The position numbers and the translations under genes were made by a program. A stretch of 64,000 nucleotides of DNA, from contig JAVYWL010000003.1 of assembly GCA_038727135.1 (NCBI GenBank), positions 128,001 through 192,000 on the forward strand. The letters are read 5' to 3'. The notes under the pieces are model-generated. The model did no database searches. It worked only from the letters and a program-made list of their open reading frames with translations, and was not told where the DNA came from. Positions within the stretch are counted from its first letter, which is position 1, and every line of letters begins with the position of its first letter. This DNA is from Candidatus Bathyarchaeia archaeon. Its GTDB lineage: Archaea; Thermoproteota; Bathyarchaeia; Bathyarchaeales; Bathycorpusculaceae. Below, in pieces: positions 8,220-18,730 of this stretch.

Positions 8220-8758
8220 ACAAATATTTACGTCAAGACGAGAAGATTTTATGGAGCGGCAAGCCAGAAATCGTACCCTTCATATTTTCGGGGTATGCGG
8301 GTTTTTCCCTCTTCGGGTTTGTCTGGCTTATTTTTGTACTCATCATGATTATGTCGGTGCCCGTAACTGGCGCGCCATCTCCATTCATGTTTTTTGCAGC
8401 GTTCTTTATCCTATCCGGATTATGCATAATTATAGGTCCACTAACAGCTGAGCTTTTGAGGTACAGAAACACTGAATACGCGATCACAAATCAACGGCTC
8501 ATAGCACAAACAGGGGTCATAGGACTAGACACAAGATTCGTTGAACTAGACAAAATCCAAGAAGTTTACGTGACTGTCGGTTTGCTGGATAAAATTTATG
8601 GAACTGGGTCAATCATTGCAGTTACTGCTGGCTATGTTCCAGTTGGAACCCCAAGCCCTCATGGAGTATTAGTGCGTCCAGCGTTTAGGGCTATAAAAAA
8701 CCCATACGAGGTTCAGAGGCTTCTCCAAGAAGCCATAAGGGGAAGGAGCAGCCCCTAA
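8195..8758 (+). CDS. membrane protein with bacterial PH (bPH_2) domain
   Basis: Two TM helices followed by YAITNQRL...G...LDKIQEV...LLDKIYGTGSI. Confidence 0.8.
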   Translation: MFREMSQLNKYLRQDEKILWSGKPEIVPFIFSGYAGFSLFGFVWLIFVLIMIMSVPVTGAPSPFMFFAAFFILSGLCIIIGPLTAELLRYRNTEYAITNQRLIAQTGVIGLDTRFVELDKIQEVYVTVGLLDKIYGTGSIIAVTAGYVPVGTPSPHGVLVRPAFRAIKNPYEVQRLLQEAIRGRSSP

Positions 8759-8776
8759 AAGCCCAGCAAAGGATAA

Positions 8777-11722
8777 GTGAATGAGACGGTCAAAAAGTAT
8801 TGGCGAAACAAGATAATGAAGGAAACCGTCGACCAAGATGTTTTCAAACTTCTCGCCAAGCCAATTCAAGAGGGGCTGGCTGAGCTTGGTTTTTCAAAGC
8901 CTACTTTACCACAAGTTTTGGCTGTCCCCCATATTCTAGCCGGAGAAAATGTTCTTTTGATTGCGCCAACTGGAAGCGGCAAAACAGAAGCTGTCCTTCT
9001 GCCAGTTTTCTCAAACTTTATTCAGCATAAGGAAAAGAAGGGCATAGGGATTGTTTATGTCACGCCTTTAAGGGCTTTAAACCGTGACCTTTTAAAGCGC
9101 CTATCTTTTTGGGCTTCAAGACTCGACATAACCGTCGAGGTTAGGCATGGCGACACGGAGCTGAGGCTACGGAGAAAGCAAGCCATTTCGCCGCCCAACA
9201 TGCTTGTAACAACGCCGGAAACTCTTCAGGCGGTTCTTTCAGGCGCCCGCATGAAGGAACACTTGAGACATGTTAGGTGGGTGGTTATAGACGAGGTGCA
9301 TGAACTTGCCTCCAGCAAGCGTGGAACCCAATTGACGGTGGCTCTTGAACGCCTATGCGATATTGCTGGTAAAGAGTTTCAGAGGATAGGCTTATCAGCC
9401 ACTGTTGGAAATCCGGGGAGGGTTGCCCAATTCATAGCTGGAACAAACAGAAACATAAGAGTTGTTCAAGCTTCACTTTCTAAAGGCTATAGGTACACTG
9501 TTGAGTATCCAGCGCCAACAGAAGCCGATTACGAGTTAGCTGGGAAGATTGGCATTTCGCCAGAAGGCGCCGCCAGAATAAGGCGCATAGCCGAGCTTAT
9601 TGACAGCCACAAGTCCACGCTCATATTTGTGAACAGCAGAACAGTGGCAGAAATGCTTGGGCATCGCTTCACCCAGCTTGGAAGAGGCGACATAGCCGTT
9701 CATCATGGCTCCTTGTCGAAGGAGGAACGCATCCAAATTGAGGACGACTTTAAGGCTGGAGTTTTGAAGGCTATAATTTGCACGAGCACATTGGAGCTTG
9801 GCATAGACATAGGAAGCGTAGACCTAGTCATCCAATACCTTTCGCCGAGGCAAGTTTCCAGCCTAATCCAAAGGGTTGGAAGAAGCGGACACCGCTTGGA
9901 TATGCTCTCCGAAGGCGTGATAGTTACAGCTTTTCCAGACGACTTGCTGGAGTCTTTGGCTGCTGTTAAAAGCGCCTGCCATGGCAGAATTGAGCCGGTT
10001 TTAATTCATGAAAATGCCTTGGACGTTTTAGCTCATCAAGTTGCTGGCATACTTATGGACAAGGAGAGCATAACCATAGACGAACTTTTGGCTTTGCTCC
10101 GAAGGGCCTACCCATATAGGCGTCTTACTAAACAAAAACTTTTGAGGGTAGTACACTTTTTAGCCAGCCTCAACCAATTAAAATTTGACGAGGAAAAGGT
10201 TTTGAGGAAAACGCGGAAGATAAGGGACTACTACTACGAGAACCTCTCAATGATTCCGGATGAGAGACGCTACCCAATAATAAACATTCTAACAGATAGA
10301 CGAATCGGCACACTTGGCGACGAATTTATGGCTTTAAAAGCCCGAGTAGGCTTAAATATCATCGTCCGCGGAAAAGTTTGGCGCATAGTTCAGATTGAGG
10401 ATGAAACTGGCACAGTTTATGTAGTTCCATCTGAAGAGCCGTTTGCCGCCATCCCAGGATGGGATGGTGAAATGCTGCCGGTTCCCTTCGATCTAGCCCA
10501 AGAAACTGGAAGACTACGCCAAGAAATTGGCGAACTGCTGAAAACTTTTGAAAACGCCGACGTAGTGGCGGAAAAGGTTGCTGAGAAGTTCAACATAAAC
10601 AGGGAGATGCTAAACGAGGTTGTTAGGGAGATCGAGGAGCATATAAGGCAAGGAGCACCCTTGCCAACACATAACCACATTCTCATCGAGGCGTTTGACA
10701 AGTATTTGGTGGTGCACGCTTGTTTCGGCGAGATTGTAAACAGCACCCTTGGAGGCATTTTCGACGCGATACTTTCAGACAAAGAGCTTATTGTTGGCTG
10801 GTGGAACGACGGCTACCGCATACTAATTGAGGCCCCGCGAAAAATCTCGCCAATAGAAGTTGAGAAGATGCCAGAAACGCTTTTCAGCTTAAATGATGAG
10901 CAAGTTGAAGAAGCCTTCAAGGATTATTTGGAGGCAAAGTTCCCATACGCTTACAAAATGAAGTTCGTGGCTGAAAGGTTCGGCGCCCTCCCAAGGGGAA
11001 AAACTATGGGTCCAAAGAGGCAGAACCAACTGCCAGCCATTTTCAAGGGAACACCAATTTATGATGAGACTTTAAGGGAAGCTATGCTCGAGAAAGCCGA
11101 CCTAGAAAAAGTTAAGGAAATTATGCGAAATATTAAACGTGGAAAAATTAAGGTTAGTACACTGTATAGGGCGGAAAATCCAACACCACTAGCCTACCAT
11201 ATTTTGGCTAAGTATGGCGACGTTTCAGAGCTTATGGCTCCGGAGCGCATCCTACTAAGCAACATCGAAAAGATGAAAAGGGCAATAGATGCGAAGATGG
11301 CGGCGCTAATGTGTATCGAATGCGGAGAATTATCTGAAAAGAAGGTTAAAGAATGGCCAGACCACCCCACATGTGGAAAATGCGGTTCAAGGCTTTTGGC
11401 ATTGCTGCATCCAGGTCAAGAGGCGAAACGTCTCCAAGAGATACTAGGTAAAAGGCGCATGGGCAAAAGCCTAACAGAGGAAGAGCTTAAGAAGATAGCC
11501 CATGCAAGGCGCACAGCCGACCTGATTCTAAGCTATGGAAAGAAGGCGATAATAGCCCTAAAAGTTAAAGGTGTAGGGCCAGAAACAGCCTTCAGAATTC
11601 TCTGTAAAATGCACCCCAGCGAAGGGGAGTTCTACATGGACCTTTTAAAGGCGAAAATCCAATACTTGAAGACAAGGGAGTTCTGGGAAGACAAAGAAAA
11701 CCGTTTAAAAACCTTCACCTAG
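8777..11722 (+). CDS. lhr: Lhr-family SF2 helicase
   Basis: APTGSGKT, DEVH, SAT, HHGSLS, QRVGRSGH; C-terminal Zn finger and GVGP HhH-like motif. Confidence 0.92.
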   Translation: MNETVKKYWRNKIMKETVDQDVFKLLAKPIQEGLAELGFSKPTLPQVLAVPHILAGENVLLIAPTGSGKTEAVLLPVFSNFIQHKEKKGIGIVYVTPLRALNRDLLKRLSFWASRLDITVEVRHGDTELRLRRKQAISPPNMLVTTPETLQAVLSGARMKEHLRHVRWVVIDEVHELASSKRGTQLTVALERLCDIAGKEFQRIGLSATVGNPGRVAQFIAGTNRNIRVVQASLSKGYRYTVEYPAPTEADYELAGKIGISPEGAARIRRIAELIDSHKSTLIFVNSRTVAEMLGHRFTQLGRGDIAVHHGSLSKEERIQIEDDFKAGVLKAIICTSTLELGIDIGSVDLVIQYLSPRQVSSLIQRVGRSGHRLDMLSEGVIVTAFPDDLLESLAAVKSACHGRIEPVLIHENALDVLAHQVAGILMDKESITIDELLALLRRAYPYRRLTKQKLLRVVHFLASLNQLKFDEEKVLRKTRKIRDYYYENLSMIPDERRYPIINILTDRRIGTLGDEFMALKARVGLNIIVRGKVWRIVQIEDETGTVYVVPSEEPFAAIPGWDGEMLPVPFDLAQETGRLRQEIGELLKTFENADVVAEKVAEKFNINREMLNEVVREIEEHIRQGAPLPTHNHILIEAFDKYLVVHACFGEIVNSTLGGIFDAILSDKELIVGWWNDGYRILIEAPRKISPIEVEKMPETLFSLNDEQVEEAFKDYLEAKFPYAYKMKFVAERFGALPRGKTMGPKRQNQLPAIFKGTPIYDETLREAMLEKADLEKVKEIMRNIKRGKIKVSTLYRAENPTPLAYHILAKYGDVSELMAPERILLSNIEKMKRAIDAKMAALMCIECGELSEKKVKEWPDHPTCGKCGSRLLALLHPGQEAKRLQEILGKRRMGKSLTEEELKKIAHARRTADLILSYGKKAIIALKVKGVGPETAFRILCKMHPSEGEFYMDLLKAKIQYLKTREFWEDKENRLKTFT

Positions 11723-11743
11723 AAGCTTGGCAGGTGAAAAATC

Positions 11744-13045
11744 TTGACTGGAAACAGCTCTCAACGTGGAGAACTTAAGCCAACCCTAGGATTGTTTGAT
11801 GCTACAGCCATAAGCATAGGCGCCATAGTGGGAGCCGGCATATATGTTGTTACTGGTATAGCGGCTGCCCTTGCAGGTCCAGCCTTAATTGTTTCCATGC
11901 TTTTGGCTGCAGCCATATCTATGCTTACAGCTATGAGTTTTGCTGAGTTGACAGCTTGGAAGCCTATAGAGGGAAGCATTTACGAGTATTCTTACCAACT
12001 AATTTCGCCTCTTGCAGGATTCCTAACTGGTTGGATGTGGGTTATATCTAACACTTTTGCCGGCGCAGCCGTCTCCTTAGGCTTTGCAAGCTATTTATGC
12101 ACTCTTTTCCCGACATTACCGCCAAACGTTGTGGCGGCTGTTTTCTGCTTCCTTTTCACGGTGCTCAACTTTTTGGGGATGCGCCAATCAGCCCTCCTAA
12201 ACAATGTGCTTGTGGCGGCTAAACTCTCCATTTTAGGATTCTTCGTGGTTTATGGATTCCTTTACATGAATCCTTCGAACCTTGCACCTTTTAACCCCTT
12301 TCAAATGGGAGTTTTGTCCGGCGCATTTTACATTTTCTTTGCTTATGGCGGATTTGCAAGAGTCGCCGTAGTGGCAGAGGAGGTTAAAGATGCTAGAAGA
12401 AACGTGCCTAGAGCTATCATGCTTTCCTTGGCTATATCAACAGTGATTTACATCCTAGTTGGTTTTGTGGCTGTTGGACTTGTAGGTGCTTCAAAGCTTG
12501 CTGGCTCAAACTCGCCGCTTGCAGAGGCTATAGGCGTTACTGGAAACGCTGTTGCAGTCTACATGGTTTCAGCTGGCGGCTTAATTGCAACAGCAAGTGT
12601 TTTGCTAACAGCCATTTTGGGGGTTTCCCGCATGGCATTCGCCATGGCAAGGAGAAAAGATTTACCCAAAACCCTAAGTAGTCTCCATCCAAAATATAAC
12701 ACGCCATATCTCTCCATATGGATTGCGGGCGCCGCCATGACACTGCTTGTTCTCTTCGTGGACATAGCGCGAGTTGTAGCTATAAGCAATTTCGCACTGC
12801 TCTTCTATTATACGTTGGCTAACGTTTCAGCATTAAGGCTAAAGGCGCACAATAGAATGTACCCAAAAACAGCGCCATTTCTAGGGGCAATCTCGTGCAT
12901 AACCCTTTTAATCTTCACGCTTTTTACTTTGCCCCAAGCATGGATTTTGGGCGTTGCAACTCTGGCCGTCGGCGTCGTCTACTTCTGGCTTAAAAATCTT
13001 AAAGCGCGGCTACTTATGAGAGCCATGGATTCTGAAAAACTCTAA
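11744..13045 (+). CDS. APC-family amino acid permease
   Basis: IGAIVGAGI, FAYGGF, EEVKDA motifs; about 12 TM helices. Confidence 0.92.
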   Translation: MTGNSSQRGELKPTLGLFDATAISIGAIVGAGIYVVTGIAAALAGPALIVSMLLAAAISMLTAMSFAELTAWKPIEGSIYEYSYQLISPLAGFLTGWMWVISNTFAGAAVSLGFASYLCTLFPTLPPNVVAAVFCFLFTVLNFLGMRQSALLNNVLVAAKLSILGFFVVYGFLYMNPSNLAPFNPFQMGVLSGAFYIFFAYGGFARVAVVAEEVKDARRNVPRAIMLSLAISTVIYILVGFVAVGLVGASKLAGSNSPLAEAIGVTGNAVAVYMVSAGGLIATASVLLTAILGVSRMAFAMARRKDLPKTLSSLHPKYNTPYLSIWIAGAAMTLLVLFVDIARVVAISNFALLFYYTLANVSALRLKAHNRMYPKTAPFLGAISCITLLIFTLFTLPQAWILGVATLAVGVVYFWLKNLKARLLMRAMDSEKL

Positions 13046-13604
13046 CGGGTTTTCCCGTTTCCCGCTCATAGTCGCCAACATAGTACCCTTTCACAATTTC
13101 TTTAAGGGCGTTCGGCTTCAACAAAACTTCTCCGTTAATCGCGATTATTAGTTCTCCAAAAGCCCTATCAACCCCCATTCTAAAAACTTCACCCTTTCCT
13201 ACGGAAGCACTGTTTTTGATGACTCTGCCTTTAATGTTAGGCCATTTTCTCCGACATTTTTGGATTGTTGCCCATGCAATTTCGTATGTGTAGTCGCTGC
13301 TTCCATCATCAACAACCAAGATTTCACAAAAGTTCGGGTACTGCGCCGCACTTTTTAAAAGGCTCTCTATAAGTTCTGAGACTTTTCTCTCTTTGTTGTA
13401 GACTGGAACAATTATGGAGACAGATGGGTAACGTACCCTTTTACACAGCACATTGTTTCCGCATAGTTTTCCTTGCATTAGAATCGCCGGCCCTCTCCTT
13501 TCCCGTACACTTCTTAGCCCCTTTTCAAAATAAAGCATGTATTCCCGATCGAAAATATATCGGAGAAAACTATAGCTTAAACGCTGACGGCGGAGACATA
13601 TCAA
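13014..13604 (-). pseudogene. truncated/degenerate GT2 glycosyltransferase
   Basis: VSIIVPVYN and VVDDGSSD are present, but the DxD position reads ING and the ORF ends soon after. Confidence 0.55.
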
Positions 13605-13660
13605 AAGTTAAGAAGACATAAATACCGCTCGTACAACGTTTCTGATTCCGAGGATAAATC

Positions 13661-14491
13661 ATGGAAGACCTATCGCGTTACTACGCGCTCTTAAAAGACC
13701 CAGCGAGGCGAAAAATAATTGAGATTTTGGGCACTCAAGAGAAAGTGGGGTTTAAGGAACTACGCGAAGCCTTAGGCTTAGGCGTCGGCACCGTCTATTA
13801 CCATCTTGACATGCTTTCAGACTTTCTCGAACAAGACAAGCAACGCAAGTATAGGTTGAACTCGAAGGGACAAATGCTCTACAAAGTCCTAAAGGAGGGA
13901 AGCATACCGGCAAACCTCGGAATAAGCGAAACCCTAAGCAGCCGTGCAGCCAAATGGCTTTTTCTTTCGCCTCTCTTCGCCCAAACAATAAAGCCTTTAA
14001 GGCTTATGCCCTTATCTTTAGCAATCCTCTTTTTAGGAGCTTATGGAGCAGCCGCCGCAAGACTTGAACCAGCCCTATTCTTCTATTTTGAATACTCCAC
14101 CCGCAGTTCAACAAGCACCACTGCGCTATTCATATTCAACTGGATAGGGCTATTCCTATTCACAGAAGCTTTAGCCCTCTCACTTTTCAAACGCGCGGGA
14201 AACGAATTACAACTCTTCACATGTATTGGGCTGGCAGCTCTCCCCCTGGCAGTTTTCCCATACATATACATGGCTGTTCCAGAAATCCTAAGCGGATTCA
14301 ACCTATACTATACGGAAATTGAAATGATAAGGCAAGCTATATTGATAATTCTGCAGATTTGGAGTCTATTACTTGTTTCTGCGGCGGTCTGCCATGGAAA
14401 GGGCTTAAGGCTTGACAAAGGCATTATCATAAGCCTAACAGCCATATACCTAAACATAGCCGCCCTCTTCATACTCGGACGCTTCACGTAA
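13661..14491 (+). CDS. ArsR-like winged-helix regulator fused to multi-TM domain
   Basis: LKDPARRKII...GVGTVYYHL wHTH followed by several hydrophobic helices. Confidence 0.85.
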   Translation: MEDLSRYYALLKDPARRKIIEILGTQEKVGFKELREALGLGVGTVYYHLDMLSDFLEQDKQRKYRLNSKGQMLYKVLKEGSIPANLGISETLSSRAAKWLFLSPLFAQTIKPLRLMPLSLAILFLGAYGAAAARLEPALFFYFEYSTRSSTSTTALFIFNWIGLFLFTEALALSLFKRAGNELQLFTCIGLAALPLAVFPYIYMAVPEILSGFNLYYTEIEMIRQAILIILQIWSLLLVSAAVCHGKGLRLDKGIIISLTAIYLNIAALFILGRFT

Positions 14492-14492
14492 A

Positions 14493-14512
14493 AGTTCTAT
14501 AATTCTAGAACT
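14493..14512. promoter_or_regulatory. operator-like inverted repeat
   Basis: AGTTCTA-taattc-TAGAACT upstream of 14592. Confidence 0.45.
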
Positions 14513-14591
14513 CTTGATAGGCGGAGTTCGGGTTTTTTGGAAGCGGTTTTCTTAATAAGCCGTTTTGCATAGTCTTTTTCGGTGAAAAGGC

Positions 14592-15995
14592 ATGAAAAAC
14601 GTGAAAAAAACGATATTAGCTTTGGGTTTGGCTTTCCTACTGGCTGTACCAGCGTTTGCTGTTTTAAGCCCAAGGGTAAGCGCGGACGACTCTGTGGAGA
14701 ATATTCAAAGCTTGCGTTTGGAGCCGCCGTACAACTGGAATAATACGTGGTATAGGTTCAACAGTTCTCTAGTAACGCTGATCTTTCCAGCTAAGGGCAC
14801 GAAGCCCATGTTCTTGTGGTGGTATACCAATGATAGCAGCAATATATATGTGGTGAAGTTTCAAGGCGTCATCGAGTATCTAATGCTTGACAAGCCTTAT
14901 TATAGGCACAGGTTCCACGCAGATAACACCACTATAAATGAGATATTATGGAACAACTACATCGAGCCGAGATTACGTCAGAGATACTATTACGGATACC
15001 GTTGGAGGTATGATATGGCAGTGTCAAGATTTCTTGGGCTTTTAATGGGCTTGCATAGGGCTTATTTGCCTTTCAGTGCTTGCAACTGGACGTTGAGCGG
15101 ACCGGTGTTTGTTGAGGGCAAAGACTATTGGTCCTTCAACTTCACGCTAACCAAAGTTTATGGTCATCGAGGATTGGAGTTTGCAGAGAACAACATTGAG
15201 ATAAGATGCAGATTTTACAACAAGACTGTTACGGAAACCCCAGACCCTGACCCAAAATATTCAAACTATAGCTATACTGTTGCTGCTGGGCAGTTGAAAT
15301 TCGACTTTGTTGTGAAACATTGGGAGTGGAACATAGACAAAATCAACAAGTTCCTGAAAGAATACGGTATTGACAAAGAAATTCCAGAAAGCCAAACAGG
15401 ATTGGCTCTATGGATTAACATGGCTTCTATAACGCTAAGCGATTTGCCATGTGCGGAGGAGGAGGTTCAATACGAGGCACAGAACCGCGTTGAGGCTGAG
15501 GCACGTCTCAGAGTTGAAAGCAAGTCTCGAATGCGAGAGGCAACAATAAACGGGGAATACTACACGGTGGATAAAAATGAGACGAGCCAGGATGAAAAGC
15601 CTGTACAGGCTACTCTGCAACTTAGGGAGAGGTTTAGGGAACGCATTAGGCTTCACTTTGCAGTTGGAAGGACTGATGTGCCTGTGGGCTTCTTGGAGTT
15701 TGTTCCATGGGCCAGGCTTCTATATCCAAACGGCACAACCTATGACTACGTGAATGTTACCGCTTCCTACATTGCTGCTGGCGGTCACCTAAGGCTTTTC
15801 ATTTGCTACCCATACTTTGGCAACTACACACTGGAGCATGACCCAACAATCGGCTTGACATCAGCTCCACTAATTCCTGAGCTCATAAACCAGAAACTTC
15901 TACTGGTTTTGATAGGCGCCACCGCAGTCATAGTCCTTGTTGTTGCTGCTGTAAAGGTTCAGAAGAGGCCCATCAACATCTTAGCTGTTAAATGA
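14592..15995 (+). CDS. secreted, C-terminally anchored surface protein
   Basis: Signal peptide, many N-x-S/T sequons, C-terminal HDPTIG...IPEL followed by a TM helix and basic tail. Confidence 0.8.
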   Translation: MKNVKKTILALGLAFLLAVPAFAVLSPRVSADDSVENIQSLRLEPPYNWNNTWYRFNSSLVTLIFPAKGTKPMFLWWYTNDSSNIYVVKFQGVIEYLMLDKPYYRHRFHADNTTINEILWNNYIEPRLRQRYYYGYRWRYDMAVSRFLGLLMGLHRAYLPFSACNWTLSGPVFVEGKDYWSFNFTLTKVYGHRGLEFAENNIEIRCRFYNKTVTETPDPDPKYSNYSYTVAAGQLKFDFVVKHWEWNIDKINKFLKEYGIDKEIPESQTGLALWINMASITLSDLPCAEEEVQYEAQNRVEAEARLRVESKSRMREATINGEYYTVDKNETSQDEKPVQATLQLRERFRERIRLHFAVGRTDVPVGFLEFVPWARLLYPNGTTYDYVNVTASYIAAGGHLRLFICYPYFGNYTLEHDPTIGLTSAPLIPELINQKLLLVLIGATAVIVLVVAAVKVQKRPINILAVK

Positions 15996-16082
15996 GCACC
16001 CCCTCTTTTCTTTCTTTTGCTGATATGTTGGTTTTGGGAGTAAAAGTTTATATTGCGTATTGTTACTTAATATTTGATTCAC

Positions 16083-16220
16083 ATGAGCTGCAAACGAGAA
16101 AACGACGAAATCCGCTGGCAAGTCATAAAGGCAATGCTGGACGAGTTTCCAACATTAAGAGAAAAAGTTAAAGCCTACATTGAAAAGCAGAAACAGAAAG
16201 AAAAGCCTCAGAACTTTTAG
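16083..16220 (+). CDS. small hypothetical protein (45 aa)
   Basis: MSCKRENDEIRWQVIKAMLDEFPTLREKVKAYIEK...; TTTATA box at about -35. Confidence 0.5.
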   Translation: MSCKRENDEIRWQVIKAMLDEFPTLREKVKAYIEKQKQKEKPQNF

Positions 16221-16567
16221 ATGTGGTTTCTTTTTAATAGATGAGGCGGCGGAACCTTAACATTGTTTTTGCCATTCTCGTTCTCTGACTTGAGAAGCCC
16301 TGTCAACTCGCGGTAGCGCTGAAGAAAATCTAAGCCTTTAGACGTCGCCTTATAAATCTCCTTATCCTTCTCGACGATCCTGTCAATAAGGTTAACTTTT
16401 AACATAAATTCTAAATAGTCGTTAAGCTGTGTGAAGCTCAGGTTAGCCCTATACATAATCTGAGTTTTTAAAACACCATCCTTAGCTATGTCCAGAATTT
16501 CAGCAATTATGTATAGCTTATCTCTTCTCTTCTGGGATGGGTTGGCTCCCCAAACATTCATTTCCAC
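16217..16567 (-). CDS. archaeal winged-helix regulator (HTH_45-like)
   Basis: RRDKLYIIAEIL...KTQIMYRANLS...YL...TSKG. Confidence 0.85.
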   Translation of the reverse strand: MEMNVWGANPSQKRRDKLYIIAEILDIAKDGVLKTQIMYRANLSFTQLNDYLEFMLKVNLIDRIVEKDKEIYKATSKGLDFLQRYRELTGLLKSENENGKNNVKVPPPHLLKRNHI

Positions 16568-16733
16568 AATATTCCTCTTTCACAAGCCTTCTGCATGAAA
16601 AAGGGCTAATGCATTTTTTAAGCGGTGTTTCCCAAAAGCCACTATTACAATTATCGAAATATTCTCTAGAACAAACTTCTATAAGAAAAAACTTTAATCT
16701 TAAACTGGAAAACATTGCCTTCTAAGGAGGTAG

Positions 16734-17240
16734 ATGAAAATGTTGATCGGGTTAATGGCTGACACGCATGATAACTTGCCCATGGTGGAAAAAGCCGTAA
16801 AAAGGCTCAATAAAGAAAAAGTTGAAGTTGCGCTTCATGCTGGAGATTATGTTGCGCCATTCGTTATACCAAAGTTTAGGGATTTAAAGGCTAAGCTGAT
16901 AGGGGTTTTTGGCAACAATGACGGAGACCGAGAACTATTGAAGAAGAGGTTTAGCGAAAATGAGAAGCTGGAAATTAGGGGGAACTTCGCGGAAATAACC
17001 ATCGGAAAGGCAAAAATCGCGCTACTGCACGGAAGTGAAGAGGAACTTTTAAGGGCTATAATTAACAGCGGAAACTTTGACGTGGTTGTCCACGGACACA
17101 CTCATAAGGCTGAAACCTACAAGAAAGGCAAAACATTGGTGGTGAATCCGGGCGAGGTTTGCGGTTATCTAACGGGAAAGTCGACTATTGCGCTGCTTAA
17201 TGCAGAAAAACTTGAGGCAAAAATAATAGACTTAGTGTAA
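16734..17240 (+). CDS. YfcE/MJ0936-family metallophosphoesterase
   Basis: DTH, HAGD, GNND, HGHTH, NPG motifs. Confidence 0.92.
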   Translation: MKMLIGLMADTHDNLPMVEKAVKRLNKEKVEVALHAGDYVAPFVIPKFRDLKAKLIGVFGNNDGDRELLKKRFSENEKLEIRGNFAEITIGKAKIALLHGSEEELLRAIINSGNFDVVVHGHTHKAETYKKGKTLVVNPGEVCGYLTGKSTIALLNAEKLEAKIIDLV

Positions 17241-17258
17241 ACAGGCTAGCGGACTGTT

Positions 17259-18191
17259 TCAGTTTTGGTTGGAATTGTATGGCTGCCTTCTCTGATTGGC
17301 TATTTTAAAAAATTCAACGAGTTCTTCGTCTGTTGCTCCGTTTCGCATGGGCGTTAAGATGTCCACCGTGTTGTCGTCTCTCATTAGACACGGCTTGAGT
17401 TTCCCGTCGCTTGTTACGCGTAAGCGTGTGCAATGCCAACAAAAATCGGTATTTTCTATTGGATGGACAACCTCAACTTTTACGTCTGGCAAATGGTATA
17501 TGCGGCGGTTTTGCATGTATTTTCTGGCTTCGATTTTTATGGCTTTCTGCCTTAGCATTTCTTCATACTCGTCCAGAGGTTTGTGATAGGCAGCATAGTA
17601 TTCGTTACTTATGTTTATTGGCTCAAGCTCAATGAGTTGTAGAACTGCACCTACTTCTCTCGCAAAATTAATCATTTCCGGCACTTGAGAATCATTAACT
17701 CCCCTTAAAACGAGCATGTTTAGCTTTACCGGGTTAAGTCCAGCCTCAACGGCCGCCTTAACACCATTTAAGACGTCTTCCAACTCGCCGCCGGTGAGTT
17801 TGCAGTATGTTTCGCTGTCTATTGTTGGCAAGTTTATGTTTACACGTCTTAAACCATTCGCCTTAAGCTCTTTTGCTAATGGCTCAAGCAGTGTCCCATT
17901 AGTTGTCATTGAAAGCTCCTCCAAGCCATGTACGGAAGCTAAGCCCCTAACTATTTGCAGTATATCCTTGCGAAGCAACGGTTCTCCACCAGTGAGCTTG
18001 ATTTTTGATACGCCTAGGCTGACGGCTGTTTTTGAGATGCGCACAATTTCTTCAGCCGTCATCTCTGTTGTGTTTTCGGCTGTTTTGTCTTCACCTTCAG
18101 CGTGACAGAAACTGCAGTGTAAATTACATGGTTTTGTGAGGGCTATTCTTAGGTTCAAGAGCGGACGTCCGTAGTTGTCGACCAGCACCAT
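17259..18191 (-). CDS. moaA: GTP 3',8-cyclase (radical SAM)
   Basis: CNLHCSFC, LTGGEP, C-terminal CWHC...C cluster. Confidence 0.95.
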   Translation of the reverse strand: MVLVDNYGRPLLNLRIALTKPCNLHCSFCHAEGEDKTAENTTEMTAEEIVRISKTAVSLGVSKIKLTGGEPLLRKDILQIVRGLASVHGLEELSMTTNGTLLEPLAKELKANGLRRVNINLPTIDSETYCKLTGGELEDVLNGVKAAVEAGLNPVKLNMLVLRGVNDSQVPEMINFAREVGAVLQLIELEPINISNEYYAAYHKPLDEYEEMLRQKAIKIEARKYMQNRRIYHLPDVKVEVVHPIENTDFCWHCTRLRVTSDGKLKPCLMRDDNTVDILTPMRNGATDEELVEFFKIANQRRQPYNSNQN

Positions 18192-18193
18192 CG

Positions 18194-18727
18194 TTATTCC
18201 CGCGCATGCTTAACGATGTGTGCAGCTTCCGGCAATATAAGCTTTTCAAGACAAAGCCTAACAGCGTCCGTAGATCCTGGAATGCAAAAGAAAACCTTGC
18301 CTTTCGCAACGCCGGCGGCAGCCCTTGACAAGATTGCAGCTGAGCCAATTTCATTATAGCTTAAAAATCTGAAGATTTCGCCGAATCCGGGCAAGGTTTT
18401 CTCGAAGAATGGTGAAACTGTTTCGATGGTTACATCGGAGGGCGCTATACCAGTTCCGCCACAAAAAATAACGGCGTCCACATCCGAGTTTAGGGTGTGC
18501 TCCACGCCATCTTCAATGAACACCTTATCGTCGGGTATAAGCCTTCGAAACGAAACTGTGTGTCCAGCACGCTTAACCAGCCTTTCAATCAGGTCGCCAG
18601 ATTCATCGCTAACTTTCTCGCCTTTCTTTAGCTGGTTGTAGCGGGATGTGCTGACAACAAAAATTCCAAAACTAAGCTTTTTCGGAGCTTCAGCCCTATG
18701 CCTACGTGTGCTTTCACTCATGTTCAA
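18194..18727 (-). CDS. moaB: molybdopterin adenylyltransferase MoaB/Mog
   Basis: DESG, GGTG..PSDVT, LPGFGE, IPGS motifs. Confidence 0.93.
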   Translation of the reverse strand: MNMSESTRRHRAEAPKKLSFGIFVVSTSRYNQLKKGEKVSDESGDLIERLVKRAGHTVSFRRLIPDDKVFIEDGVEHTLNSDVDAVIFCGGTGIAPSDVTIETVSPFFEKTLPGFGEIFRFLSYNEIGSAAILSRAAAGVAKGKVFFCIPGSTDAVRLCLEKLILPEAAHIVKHARE

Positions 18728-18730
18728 ATC

